DNA from: a virus
Lineage: Duplodnaviria > Heunggongvirae > Uroviricota > Caudoviricetes
Length of the DNA: 64,000 nucleotides
Direction: 5' to 3' (one strand)
IMG/VR virus record: IMGVR_UViG_3300043467_001216
Part shown: positions 19,308-31,100 of the stretch, piece after piece
Numbering within the stretch: the stretch's first letter is position 1
Layout of the letters: each line of letters opens with the position of its first letter
Program-made: the position numbers and the translations under genes
Notes under the pieces: model-generated
Databases searched by the model: none
Told to the model about the DNA's origin: nothing
What the model saw: only the letters and a program-made list of their open reading frames with translations

Positions 19308-22300
19308 GTGAGTCAAAATATTTATCAATATCAAAATTCAAGTGTGGGTTTAAAACTTAGTTTGGACTCATACGATATGTCTTTATCATCAGATGAGAGA
19401 GACTTCAATCAAGAAGTTGTGTATTCACCTTATTTAATCGCTCAAACATACGGTAATAGATTACCAATATATTTTGATATCAATAATACATTAACCGCCC
19501 AAAATTTAGTATTATCATATAAAAACTATAATTTTAATAACGTTTTTGTATCTCAAAATTTTAAAATAAATGATTCAGAGGATTTAAGTTGTTTCACAGC
19601 AAAAACATCTTGTGATATTGGTTTAACAGGAACTGATAACGGTTTAGTTACCGGTATGACCGCACAAACAATAACATTTACAAATGGTTTAGTTAATGAT
19701 TCAGATAAGTTCAATCGTTTAATTTTTGATAGACGATTCAAAATGTTTCAAGTTACAGGGTATACCAATACACCTAATTTTAGATTTTCAGGTTTTGAAG
19801 ACAATATTTTATATGAAGTTGTAAGTAAAAACAGTCCGTATATTGGTAGATATCACGAATTATATGGTGGTTTTTATCAAGGTTTCTATAAATTATTTGG
19901 GTACGATTATGATATTTTTCCTGAAAGAATGAATAAGGGATGGTCAGTTGAAATGCTATTGAAGCCAAGATTGGTTGATGAATACTCACCTGGTCCGGGT
20001 GAAACCACATTAAACGAAATTTACCCAAACAACAAAGACACATTTTTCTATTTTGGAGCAAGAGCCGAAAACAAATATTACCATCACGCTGATGGTTCAC
20101 CAAGTTCATTAACAGGTTATACTAGAATCACAAAACCTTTAGTTAGTCTTGAGACTTGTGCTTGTTGTAATACAGGTGTAACTAATAGTGACTGTATTTA
20201 TGTTTACCCTCCAAGGTCAAATGATGGTAAACACGACTCACATAAAAATTACGGATGTAATGTATGTGGTTGTGATACAAAAACTAATGGTGGTAATTGT
20301 TCAGGATGTGGTTGTCCACCTGAAGAATATGAAAGTTGTGGATGGGAATGTAAAACACATAGTTGTGGAACAGGTACAACCTCATCAATACAGAGTACTT
20401 GTGAAAGTAACCCATTAGATGACTCAATGTCAAATGCGTTATCATTTAAACTTTCGGGTGACCCAAAAAATCCAAGTATTTGTGTTAGAATATTAAGAAT
20501 TACCGGTGATTGTGAAACTAGCGGGTCTTGTACCACAACAGGGATTACGTACACCACAGGATACACAGTTGACGAACATTGTACTTTACCAATTTACCCT
20601 AGATGTCAAATTGAAAACCCCGCGTGGTTAGAAGAAGAACATTGGTTTCAATTTAATGCTGTATGGGAACGTTATACTTGGTTGGATGATTGTGATTTAA
20701 AATATAGAGGTGGATTAGACGATATTACCGAAAAATTATATTTAGAATCGTTAGCGAATAATTCACAGATATTAATAACCCCATTTTATAACCACGAAGG
20801 TGCTACACCAGCTAAAACAATTGATTTAGTTAAGTTAAATGAAAAATGGTTAATTAATAAAAAATATCGAAATGGTCGTTTAAAAATTTACATAAATGGT
20901 AAATTGTTTCAAACGTTTGAGAATATTGAAGAATTAATACCAAGAGCTTTACCAACTGAAAAAGAAAAACAAGTTGGTGTACCATTTAATATTTCTTGGG
21001 GTGGGGGAACTCAAGGTTTAAGAGAACATCTAATCCCAAAACAAGTACCTGTTTGTGACATTGTTGGTGGTGTGTTAATTAATGTTGTTTTGACTTCTGA
21101 AATTTTACCGGGTTCAATAAAAATTACTTACACGTTAACATCATCATCAATACTTAACGAAGATTTAACTGTTGATTTTAAACACATATTAGATGTTAAA
21201 ACAGGTAACCCAATTGAAATAATCACGGGTGTAACAATTAACTCAGGTCAAACTACGGGAACAACACTTGTTAGTTTACCCGATGATTATAATAACTTGA
21301 ATGGTATAACAACATTTACCTCTGTTGATGCAACAAACCCAACACTATCTAAATGTTGTAACATTAACGCTAACCCACCAATATTTGCAACACCAACACC
21401 AACACCAACTAATACTCAAACCCCAACAAATACTCAAACACCAACTAATACTCAAACCCCAACAAATACAGTTACTCAAACTAAAACACCGACTCAGACA
21501 ATAACACCAACTAATACTAATACTCAAACCATCACCCCAACAAATACTGAAACACCAACACCAACACCTACAAATACAATAACACCTACAAATACAATAA
21601 CCCCAACAAATACTGAAACACCAACACCAACACCAACTAACACAATTACACCAACTAACACAATTACACCAACTAACACAATTACACCAACTAACACAAT
21701 TACACCAACAAATACCGAAACACCAACACCAACTCCGACTAATACAATAACCTCAACAAATACCCCAACACCAACTAATACAATAACACCAAGTTCAACA
21801 TTAGGAATAACACAAAGTGGATTAATTTTAGATTGGGATATTCAAAATACGTTATCTTATAATGGGTCGGGGTCTGTTATAACTGATTTGGAAGGTAACT
21901 CTAATGGTGTTATAACAGGAACTATTACTTATAGTAGTGGAAGTCCTAATTATTTAACTATTGAAGGTTCAACAACCGAATATATAAGAACCGGAGGTCT
22001 TAATGCGTATCTATCACCTGTTAACACAGGTGAAGTAATGTCATTATTTATGTGGGTTTACCCAATAACTAATGGTATTTTATTATGTGAACAAGGAACT
22101 ACAACACCTGATTCATCTTGGTTTGATGCTCAAATACAACGAAATTCAAGTGGTAATTTCTTATTTGCAATTTGGCCATATGTTATAAACGGAACCGCAC
22201 TGATTACTTCACCTAGTATATACCCATTAAATAATTGGTACTATGTCGGTTGGACATATAATGGAACAACATTAACAGCGTACGTTAACGGTTCATCAGT

Positions 22301-22529
22301 TGGTACTTACACAGTGAATAGAGAAACACCATATAACAGTAATGGTTTAAATATGTATTATTACTTAGGATATCCAACGTCAACTAACTTGGTTACAACA
22401 CCTGGCGGTATAGGTCAAGGACCCGCATCAACGTTTAGATTTGGAGGATTTAATGTTTATAACAGGGGAATCAATTCATCTGAAGTAACCCAAAACTATA
22501 ATAGTAGTAAATCTAATTATGGTTTATAA
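19308..22529 (+). CDS. Putative virion protein: Cys-rich/LamG-like N-part, Thr-Pro linker, C-terminal LamG domain
   Basis: TPT repeats at ~21390-21790; 'GLILDWD..SY.GSG', 'WYYVGWTYNG..YVNG', 'YNRGI..EV.QNY..YGL'. Confidence 0.75.
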   Translation: MSQNIYQYQNSSVGLKLSLDSYDMSLSSDERDFNQEVVYSPYLIAQTYGNRLPIYFDINNTLTAQNLVLSYKNYNFNNVFVSQNFKINDSEDLSCFTAKTSCDIGLTGTDNGLVTGMTAQTITFTNGLVNDSDKFNRLIFDRRFKMFQVTGYTNTPNFRFSGFEDNILYEVVSKNSPYIGRYHELYGGFYQGFYKLFGYDYDIFPERMNKGWSVEMLLKPRLVDEYSPGPGETTLNEIYPNNKDTFFYFGARAENKYYHHADGSPSSLTGYTRITKPLVSLETCACCNTGVTNSDCIYVYPPRSNDGKHDSHKNYGCNVCGCDTKTNGGNCSGCGCPPEEYESCGWECKTHSCGTGTTSSIQSTCESNPLDDSMSNALSFKLSGDPKNPSICVRILRITGDCETSGSCTTTGITYTTGYTVDEHCTLPIYPRCQIENPAWLEEEHWFQFNAVWERYTWLDDCDLKYRGGLDDITEKLYLESLANNSQILITPFYNHEGATPAKTIDLVKLNEKWLINKKYRNGRLKIYINGKLFQTFENIEELIPRALPTEKEKQVGVPFNISWGGGTQGLREHLIPKQVPVCDIVGGVLINVVLTSEILPGSIKITYTLTSSSILNEDLTVDFKHILDVKTGNPIEIITGVTINSGQTTGTTLVSLPDDYNNLNGITTFTSVDATNPTLSKCCNINANPPIFATPTPTPTNTQTPTNTQTPTNTQTPTNTVTQTKTPTQTITPTNTNTQTITPTNTETPTPTPTNTITPTNTITPTNTETPTPTPTNTITPTNTITPTNTITPTNTITPTNTETPTPTPTNTITSTNTPTPTNTITPSSTLGITQSGLILDWDIQNTLSYNGSGSVITDLEGNSNGVITGTITYSSGSPNYLTIEGSTTEYIRTGGLNAYLSPVNTGEVMSLFMWVYPITNGILLCEQGTTTPDSSWFDAQIQRNSSGNFLFAIWPYVINGTALITSPSIYPLNNWYYVGWTYNGTTLTAYVNGSSVGTYTVNRETPYNSNGLNMYYYLGYPTSTNLVTTPGGIGQGPASTFRFGGFNVYNRGINSSEVTQNYNSSKSNYGL

Positions 22530-22551
22530 ACATATTTATAATTAAAAAGTA

Positions 22552-23940
22552 ATGGCATCAACAGTAGTTATAGGAACTAGAAATTATAGTGGTGAAACTG
22601 CCGAAATTACATTTTACCCAGAAACAGGCGGTACAATAAATGTTGGAATACAAGTTGTTCCTTACAATTATACAACTGATTATTTTTTTGGTAAGTATGA
22701 ATTATTTTTTTCAGCTTATAATTTCACTTGTGACTTTACCATTTCATCATCTAACCCTATACCCTCACCTCAAACAATAACGGCAACAACCGTTGAATAT
22801 GATTTATTTCAAAGGTATACTCAAGACCCTGAGAATTTTTCAGATATGGATTTAAGTCCAACCACATTTAGTGGTTTAAATACTAATATATTAATTAACA
22901 AATATTTTGCAGGTTCTTTTGAAGGTGCAATATCTCAATTTAGATTTTACACATCACCCCTATCCGCACCTGAAGTTAAACACAATTTTAGTTTATTGAA
23001 GAACCCATTTATAATGTTCAATCCTGATTGTCCTGATTGTTCTACAGACAGTTGTGCTATTAATGATTTTACATATGTAATTAATAACACACAAGAATTA
23101 GAACCACCGTTAGAAATTAAGCCGGATGTTTCACTATTAGGTAGAATGTATATCCCTGATATTAGAGATAAAAATTACCTAATTAAGGATAACTATGATT
23201 ATCTACTTAGTATTGTTCGTGCTAGACCTATTGTTAATAAATATAAAATAACACCAACACCAAGTAAAAGTAGACCAATATTACCAACACCAACACCAAC
23301 AAGAACACCAACAAGAACACCAACAAAATCTAAACCGGTATTAGTTACGCCAACACCATCAAAAACACCTGTTTATCAATTTAAGTATTGGGACTCAGAT
23401 GGTTGGTGGGGTAATCAACGTAATTTACCTCATTGTGTTGGTTATTCTTGGGCTCATTGGGTTGAAGATGGTCCTGTAGGTCACGAAGGTACTCCACCAA
23501 TAATTTCACCTGTTACAATCTATAACGAAGCTCAAAAAATTGATGAATGGCCGGGAGAAAATTATGCAGGTACATCAGTTAGAGCAGGTGCAAAATATTT
23601 ACAATCTAAAAACGTAATTAAATCATACTATTGGGGTTACGACTTAAACACGTTAATTAATTCAGTGTTTGAATTAGGCCCTGTAGTTGTTGGTACTTAT
23701 TGGTATTCAGGAATGTTTTACCCTAACTCAAACGGGTTAATTAGAGTGACAGGTGGTATTGTCGGAGGACACGCATATTTAATAAATGGTGTTGATAAAG
23801 AAAAAAAACTTTTTAGAATAAAAAATAGCTGGGGACAAACTTGGGGTAAACAAGGACACGCATTTATCTCATTCAATGATATGTCAAGATTAATATCAAT
23901 GAATGGTGAAGTTTGTTTAGCAATCGAAAATAATTTTTAA
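22552..23940 (+). CDS. Mosaic protein with a C-terminal papain-like (C1) cysteine peptidase
   Basis: NQRNLPHCVGY (Gln/Cys), GGHAY (His), KNSWG (Asn). Confidence 0.85.
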   Translation: MASTVVIGTRNYSGETAEITFYPETGGTINVGIQVVPYNYTTDYFFGKYELFFSAYNFTCDFTISSSNPIPSPQTITATTVEYDLFQRYTQDPENFSDMDLSPTTFSGLNTNILINKYFAGSFEGAISQFRFYTSPLSAPEVKHNFSLLKNPFIMFNPDCPDCSTDSCAINDFTYVINNTQELEPPLEIKPDVSLLGRMYIPDIRDKNYLIKDNYDYLLSIVRARPIVNKYKITPTPSKSRPILPTPTPTRTPTRTPTKSKPVLVTPTPSKTPVYQFKYWDSDGWWGNQRNLPHCVGYSWAHWVEDGPVGHEGTPPIISPVTIYNEAQKIDEWPGENYAGTSVRAGAKYLQSKNVIKSYYWGYDLNTLINSVFELGPVVVGTYWYSGMFYPNSNGLIRVTGGIVGGHAYLINGVDKEKKLFRIKNSWGQTWGKQGHAFISFNDMSRLISMNGEVCLAIENNF

Positions 23941-23944
23941 TTAG

Positions 23945-25111
23945 ATGAGTAATACAATAGTAATATCAAGTGTTAATTATGACGGTGAGTCAGCTAATAT
24001 ATTATTTAAACCCGACAATGATAATGTCACTATAAATTTAAATAAAGAATTCGGTCAAATTATATTACCATATACGTTTGACCCCTCAACTTTAATACCC
24101 CCTCGTGATGTATTTGGAACGTACACAATATTAGTTGATAATTCAAAATGTCCTAATTTTATGAACGTTGTTAGACCAACACCAACACAAACGCCAACTA
24201 AAACAATTACACCTACAGTAACTAAAACCCCTACTAAAACTCCAACTCCAACTATAACACCCAACCCTTGTTTAATTTCTCCAACACCAACATCAACAGT
24301 AACTCCAACAGTAACCCCAACATTAACTAAAACCCCAACTCCAACATTAACTAAAACCCCAACTCCAACATTAACACCGTTATCTTGTTTTCAAAAATAT
24401 AATAATTGGTGGAATACACATTCATTTTTATCATATTCATCAATTACTAATTATTATACTTATTCATACTTACCTAGCTCAACGTTTATTAGTACAGGAG
24501 GATTATCAATGTTTAATGTCGGTAATACCATTTTATTTAGTAACCCATTTCCAAAAGTCTATGGAACTGTTGGTACTGATTTTTTAATTAGTAAACCAAA
24601 TATTTGGCCTCAAATAACATTAATTAATTTAGGTACAACCATTAGTCCACATTCAATATCGGAAATTGGTTTACCGTCGATTATTTCAGGTAATGACCCA
24701 ACTTATGGACCATACACTATTACTCGTGAGGTTACATTAACCGAAGGAACTTATAGTTGTAATAACATCACTGGTAGTTGGTATCGTTATAGTAATATCG
24801 GTGTTAACCCTATATTTTTATCAGGACAAACACCTTGCCCATCAATCGAATATGTTTGGTTTACTGTTGAATCAACCGATTGGAATACAGTCATTTCTAG
24901 TGTTTCCGATAATAGAGGTAGCGTATCAAATCCAAATCAATTAGATTCGACCGTAACAGTCATAGGTGAAAATGGATTTATTGGTATGATATTATTATCA
25001 AAATATAACCCATCGTTACCGTCGACAATAATACCTAATAATCAAATTACAACATTTTTACAAAACACAATATGTGAAATGTTTAACAGTGTTAATTGTG
25101 TTGATTTTTAA
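23945..25111 (+). CDS. Putative virion protein with a Thr-Pro linker
   Basis: N-terminal domain paralogous to that of 22552; TPT repeats at ~24175-24380. Confidence 0.7.
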   Translation: MSNTIVISSVNYDGESANILFKPDNDNVTINLNKEFGQIILPYTFDPSTLIPPRDVFGTYTILVDNSKCPNFMNVVRPTPTQTPTKTITPTVTKTPTKTPTPTITPNPCLISPTPTSTVTPTVTPTLTKTPTPTLTKTPTPTLTPLSCFQKYNNWWNTHSFLSYSSITNYYTYSYLPSSTFISTGGLSMFNVGNTILFSNPFPKVYGTVGTDFLISKPNIWPQITLINLGTTISPHSISEIGLPSIISGNDPTYGPYTITREVTLTEGTYSCNNITGSWYRYSNIGVNPIFLSGQTPCPSIEYVWFTVESTDWNTVISSVSDNRGSVSNPNQLDSTVTVIGENGFIGMILLSKYNPSLPSTIIPNNQITTFLQNTICEMFNSVNCVDF

Positions 25112-25192
25112 TATTTAAGAATTTTAAAAAAAACTTATTATTTTAATAATAAAAATGTTAAAATATCAACTTTTTAGGTATTTATTTTTTAA

Positions 25193-28100
25193 ATGAGTGT
25201 AATATATATAACAAGTTTAACAGGTCATTCACCTTACGACATAACAATCTGTGATTTAACTAGAACATACTGTGAAGTTGTCTTAACAGGTGTCGTTTCG
25301 GTCCCCCCTGTATTGGAGATACCCGCGTTTGAACCTATTGAAGGTGAACCGTTATCTGAAGTCTTAGTTATTGTTACCGATTCAACAGGTTGTGAAGAAT
25401 TCTTATACTTATCTTGTGAACCAACACCAACCCCAACACCTACTAATACGGTCACACCAACAGTAACCCCAACACCTAATAAGTGTAAGTGTTACACAAT
25501 TATTAACCCAACGAATGACCCATTACCATTTCAAATAACTTTATGTGATGGTAATACATTAATTACTGATATTGACGGGGATACCACATTATATTATTGT
25601 GGTTATGATGTTGTCGTTGAGTCACCTGTGTATATTTTAACACCTAAATTTGGTTGTGATGTCAACGGATGCCCTGAACCATACCCAACGTCAACTCCAA
25701 CACCAACAGTCACACCTACTTTACCACCAGTTATTGGTAACTTTAGAAGTTGTTGTGATTCATCTTATGAATTTAGAATATCAAACATTCCTGGGTCGTA
25801 CTCACCATTAAATGGTACTTATTTTATTTCAAATACAAACTTTGAAGGATGTGCTCAATATATTGGGAGTACAACCTCACCGATAATATTCCAACACCAA
25901 TTTATGGGTCAATCAACTAATTGTTATGATTGTCAAATTGAAAACCCATCTTATTTGTGTTTAACCCCAACCCCAACCCCGACAGTTACCACCACTAATA
26001 CTGTCACCCCGACGGTGACTCCAACAAATACCGAAACACCAACTCAAACACCTACAAACACTAATACTCAAACACCAACTGTTACCGAAACACCAACTCA
26101 AACACCAACTGTTACCGAAACACCAACTCAAACGCCAACTGTTACCGAAACACCAACTCAAACTGTAACCCCAACTGTTACCGAAACACCAACGCAAACT
26201 ATAACACAAACTGTTACACCAACAAATACAATAACAAGAACACAAACACCGACTAACACAAGAACTCAAACACCGACTAACACAAGAACTCAAACACCAA
26301 CAAATACTAACACACAAACCAAAACACAAACTCCAACTAACACTAACACACAAACTCCAACTAATACTGAAACCCCTACTAACACACCAACCAACACAAA
26401 TACACCAACAAATACTATTACACCTACTAACACAAGAACACAAACACAAACGCCAACTAATACTATAACTCAAACACAAACCCCGACAAATACTAGAACA
26501 CAAACACCAACAAATACAAGAACACAAACACCAACAAACACAATAACATCAACACAAACACCAACAAACACAATAACATCAACCAACACACCAACTAATA
26601 CAAGAACACAAACTCCAACAAAAACACAAACACAAACACCAACAAATACTCGTACACAAACACCAACAAACACAATAACACAAACACCAACAAATACTCG
26701 TACACAAACACCAACTAATACTCGTACACAAACACCTACAAAAACACAAACACCAACTAATACTATAACTCAAACAAAGACACAAACACCAACTAATACT
26801 ATAACTCAAACACAAACACCTACTAATACTATCACACAAACCCCAACAAATACTAACACACAGACACCGACTAACACACAGACCCCAACTAATACTAACA
26901 CACAGACCCCAACTAACACTATTACTCAAACTCCAACTAATACTATCACACAAACAAACACTCAAACACAGACAAGAACTCAAACCCCAACAAATACTAA
27001 TACGAGTACACCAACAAACACAATAACACAAACACAGACAAGAACTCAAACCCCAACAAATACAAGAACTCAAACCCCAACAAATACAATAACAAGAACA
27101 CAAACAAGAACACAAACCCCAACAAATACGCCAACAAAAACACAAACACCCACAGTAACCATAACACCAACTAACACAAGAACTCAAACACAAACACCAA
27201 CAAATACTATAACCCAAACACCAACAAATACCACAACAAACACCCCAACCACAACTCAAACACCAACACCAACAACACCATATGATTTATTTATCGTTGA
27301 AAGTTGTTGTAATAATACAACAGGGTTTATGGAATTACCAATTAGTTTCACACCAACTTTTTTCCCAAGTTTTTCATCATTTGTTGTTTCAGATACTAAT
27401 GGATTTTGTTATAAAATCATATCATCAGGTCCTGGTGGTGAAACACCTGACTTATTTTGGAATGGTAATTATAACGACGTATACGTTGACACGGGTAACG
27501 GATGTGTGAATTGTATTTTAGTTCACCCTTGTCCTACCGCAACACCTACACCAACAAGAACACAAACACCGACTAACACTAAAACACCGACTAACACTAA
27601 AACACCAACCCAAACCCCAACTAACACTAAAACCCAAACACAAACACCAACTAACACAAGAACACAAACACCAACAAATACTAGAACACAGACTCCAACC
27701 CCAACATTGCCACCATTAATTTGTTTTAGATACACAAATAACATAACATCAGGTCAAATTCTGTACAATACAACTGCCGGAGGTTTTATCTATGGTAAAC
27801 CTTACTATGGTATTATAGATTCATTTACCGTTATTGGTTATGTTTGGTTTGACCCTACATTACAAATTTGGAAATATTCAGAATCAATTGGTAGTGGGAT
27901 AATATTCAGTATTTTAAATTTAGATAGTGAATATCCGGTAAGTAATTCTTTACATAATTGGACAGGTTCATTTGACGGTAATTCTATGTTATCCTCCAAC
28001 ATTGGTATTTGTTCCACACCAACACCAACACCAACAAATACTAAAACACCAACTAATACTCAAACACAAACCCCAACTAATACTCAAACACAAACCCCAA

Positions 28101-31100
28101 CTAACACACCAACTAACACACAAACTAACACACAAACTAACACTCCCACAAATACTATCACTCAAACACCAACCAAAACTGTAACACCGACTAACACTCG
28201 TACACAAACACCGACTAACACTCGTACACAAACATCAACTAACACATCAACACCAACCAAAACAGTCACACCAACAAATACTATCACATCAACACCAACT
28301 AACACCCAAACACCAACAAACACAATAACACAAACACCAACTAACACTGTAACACAAACTAACACATCAACACCAACTAACACTATTACCCAAACCCCAA
28401 CAAATACCATTACCCAAACCCCAACAAATACTATCACTCAGACACCTACACAAACTAAAACCCAAACACAGACAAGAACACAAACTCCAACTAACACTGT
28501 TACACCAACAAATACTAGAACACAGACTCCAACCAACACAATTACACAGACACCAACCAAAACTCAGACACAGACTCCAACAAATACTAGAACACAGACT
28601 CCAACAAATACTAGAACACAGACACCAACCAACACAATTACACAGACACCAACCAACACAATTACACAAACTCAAACAATTACTCAAACACCAACTAACA
28701 CTCAAACTCAGACTCCAACAAACACACCAACCAACACAAATACGTCAACGGTAACAAGAACTTCAAATGTTACCCAAACACCAACCAAAAGTCCAGGTGC
28801 AACACCCGCCTCAACTCAAACCCAAACACCAACAAATACGATAACCCCAACAAATACGATAACCCCAACAAATACACCGACAAGAACTGTTACACCAACA
28901 AATACTAGAACTCAAACACCAACAAATACTAGAACTCAAACACCAACAAATACTATTACTCAAACACCAACAAATACTAGAACACAAACACCAACAAATA
29001 CTAGAACACAAACACCAACAAACACAATCACACAAACCCCAACAAACACAATCACACAAACACCGACTAACACAGTTACACCAACAAACACAGTTACACC
29101 AACAAACACAATTACACAAACCCCAACAAATACTAACACTCAAACACCAACCAAAACTTCCACACCAACAAACACAATTACTTCAACACAAACACAAACA
29201 AGAACTCAAACCCCAACTAACACTAATACGCCAACAAATACTCGTACACAAACACCAACTAACACAATTACACAAACACCAACAAGAACACAAACACCAA
29301 CAAATACAATTACACAAACCCCAACAAAAACCATTACTCAAACACCTACTAATACAATAACACAAACACAAACTCCTACTAACACTATTACACAAACACC
29401 TACTAATACAAGAACACAAACACCAACAAAAACAGTTACCCCAACAAAAACAGTTACCCCAACTAATACAATAACCCAAACACCGACTAACACAAGAACT
29501 CAAACAAACACACCAACACAAACCCCAACTAACACAAGAACTCAAACAAACACACCAACACCTACAACGACACAAACCCCAACCCCAACAAATGCTTGTT
29601 ATCCAGGAGCTGATTATATTGTTTTGGTTTATAATTTCCCTCCGGGGTCAGGTTTTGGTTTAAATACTGAGACAACATTAATAAACCCATTAACCCAAGG
29701 TCCTTTAGGTTATTGTGTTACAGGTTCTCAACCTTCAGGTATTTATGGTGGTCCATATTTATTTTGGGGTGGTGATAATACTAACTCACAAGGTTCTGAG
29801 TCAATTTATGTTAGCGTTACTTCTTTAAAAACAGCATACCCCACACTATCATCAATACAATTAACCTCTAAAGCAAATTGGTTAACATCATTCACTACAG
29901 GAGCGTTAAACATTACTATGTACGCTTATTCTGGAGGTACTATGATTAGTAACACCAATTTTGGTTTCATAAATGTTGGTGGTGTTTTATTAGCTCAAAG
30001 AAATTTCCCACAATCAACAATCACAGGTTTAAACTGTCCTAATAATCAGTGCGTTGGAACATTCACATATGACATTTCCAGCGGATGTTTTAGTAAAATA
30101 CCTTGTATTGAACCAACGTCAACCCCTACCCAAACATCAACTCCAACTAACACTCAAACACAAACTAACACACAAACTAATACCCCAACTAATACCACAA
30201 CTCAAACCCAAACCCCAACAAACACAAGAACACAAACCCAAACCCCAACAAACACAAGAACACAAACACAAACACCGACTAACACAAGAACACAAACACC
30301 GACTAACACAAGAACACAAACACCAACTAAAACTGTAACGCCAACAAATACTATAACTAATACTAGTACACCAACAAATACTATCACACAAACACCTACT
30401 AATACAAAAACCCCAACTAATACTATAACTAAAACTAACACTAGTACACCAACAAATACTATTACTCAAACCCCAACAAACACTAACACACAAACCCCAA
30501 CAAACACAAGAACACAAACACAAACCCCAACAAATACAAGAACACAAACACAAACCCCAACAAATACAAGAACACAAACCCCAACAAATACAAGAACACA
30601 AACCCCAACAAATACAAGAACACAAACTTCAACTAATACACCTACACAAACTAAAACCCAAACACAAACTCCAACAACACCTTATTCAATCTTTAAAGTT
30701 TCAAGTTGTTGTTTTTCATCTCCGGTTACTTACTATATGTCGTTACCAACTATATTTCAACCTATCATAGGACCTCCTGGTGGTAATAGTTACTCATATT
30801 CAGTTGTTGACACAACCGGTCAGTGTTTTGTTGTTAATGAATTAATAACTTCACCATTACCCCCTAACAAATTTTGGAATGGTAACTACGGTCAAGTGTA
30901 TGAGGGTATTAACACCAACCCTTGTATTCAATGTAACACTTTCAATCCGTGTCCAACACCAACTCCAACACCAACAGTAACATCAACACCTACTAACACT
31001 GTTACCTCAACAGTAACATCAACACCTACTAACACTGTTACAAATACACCAACTAGAACTGTCACACCAACTAGAACTATAACACCAACTAGAACACAAA

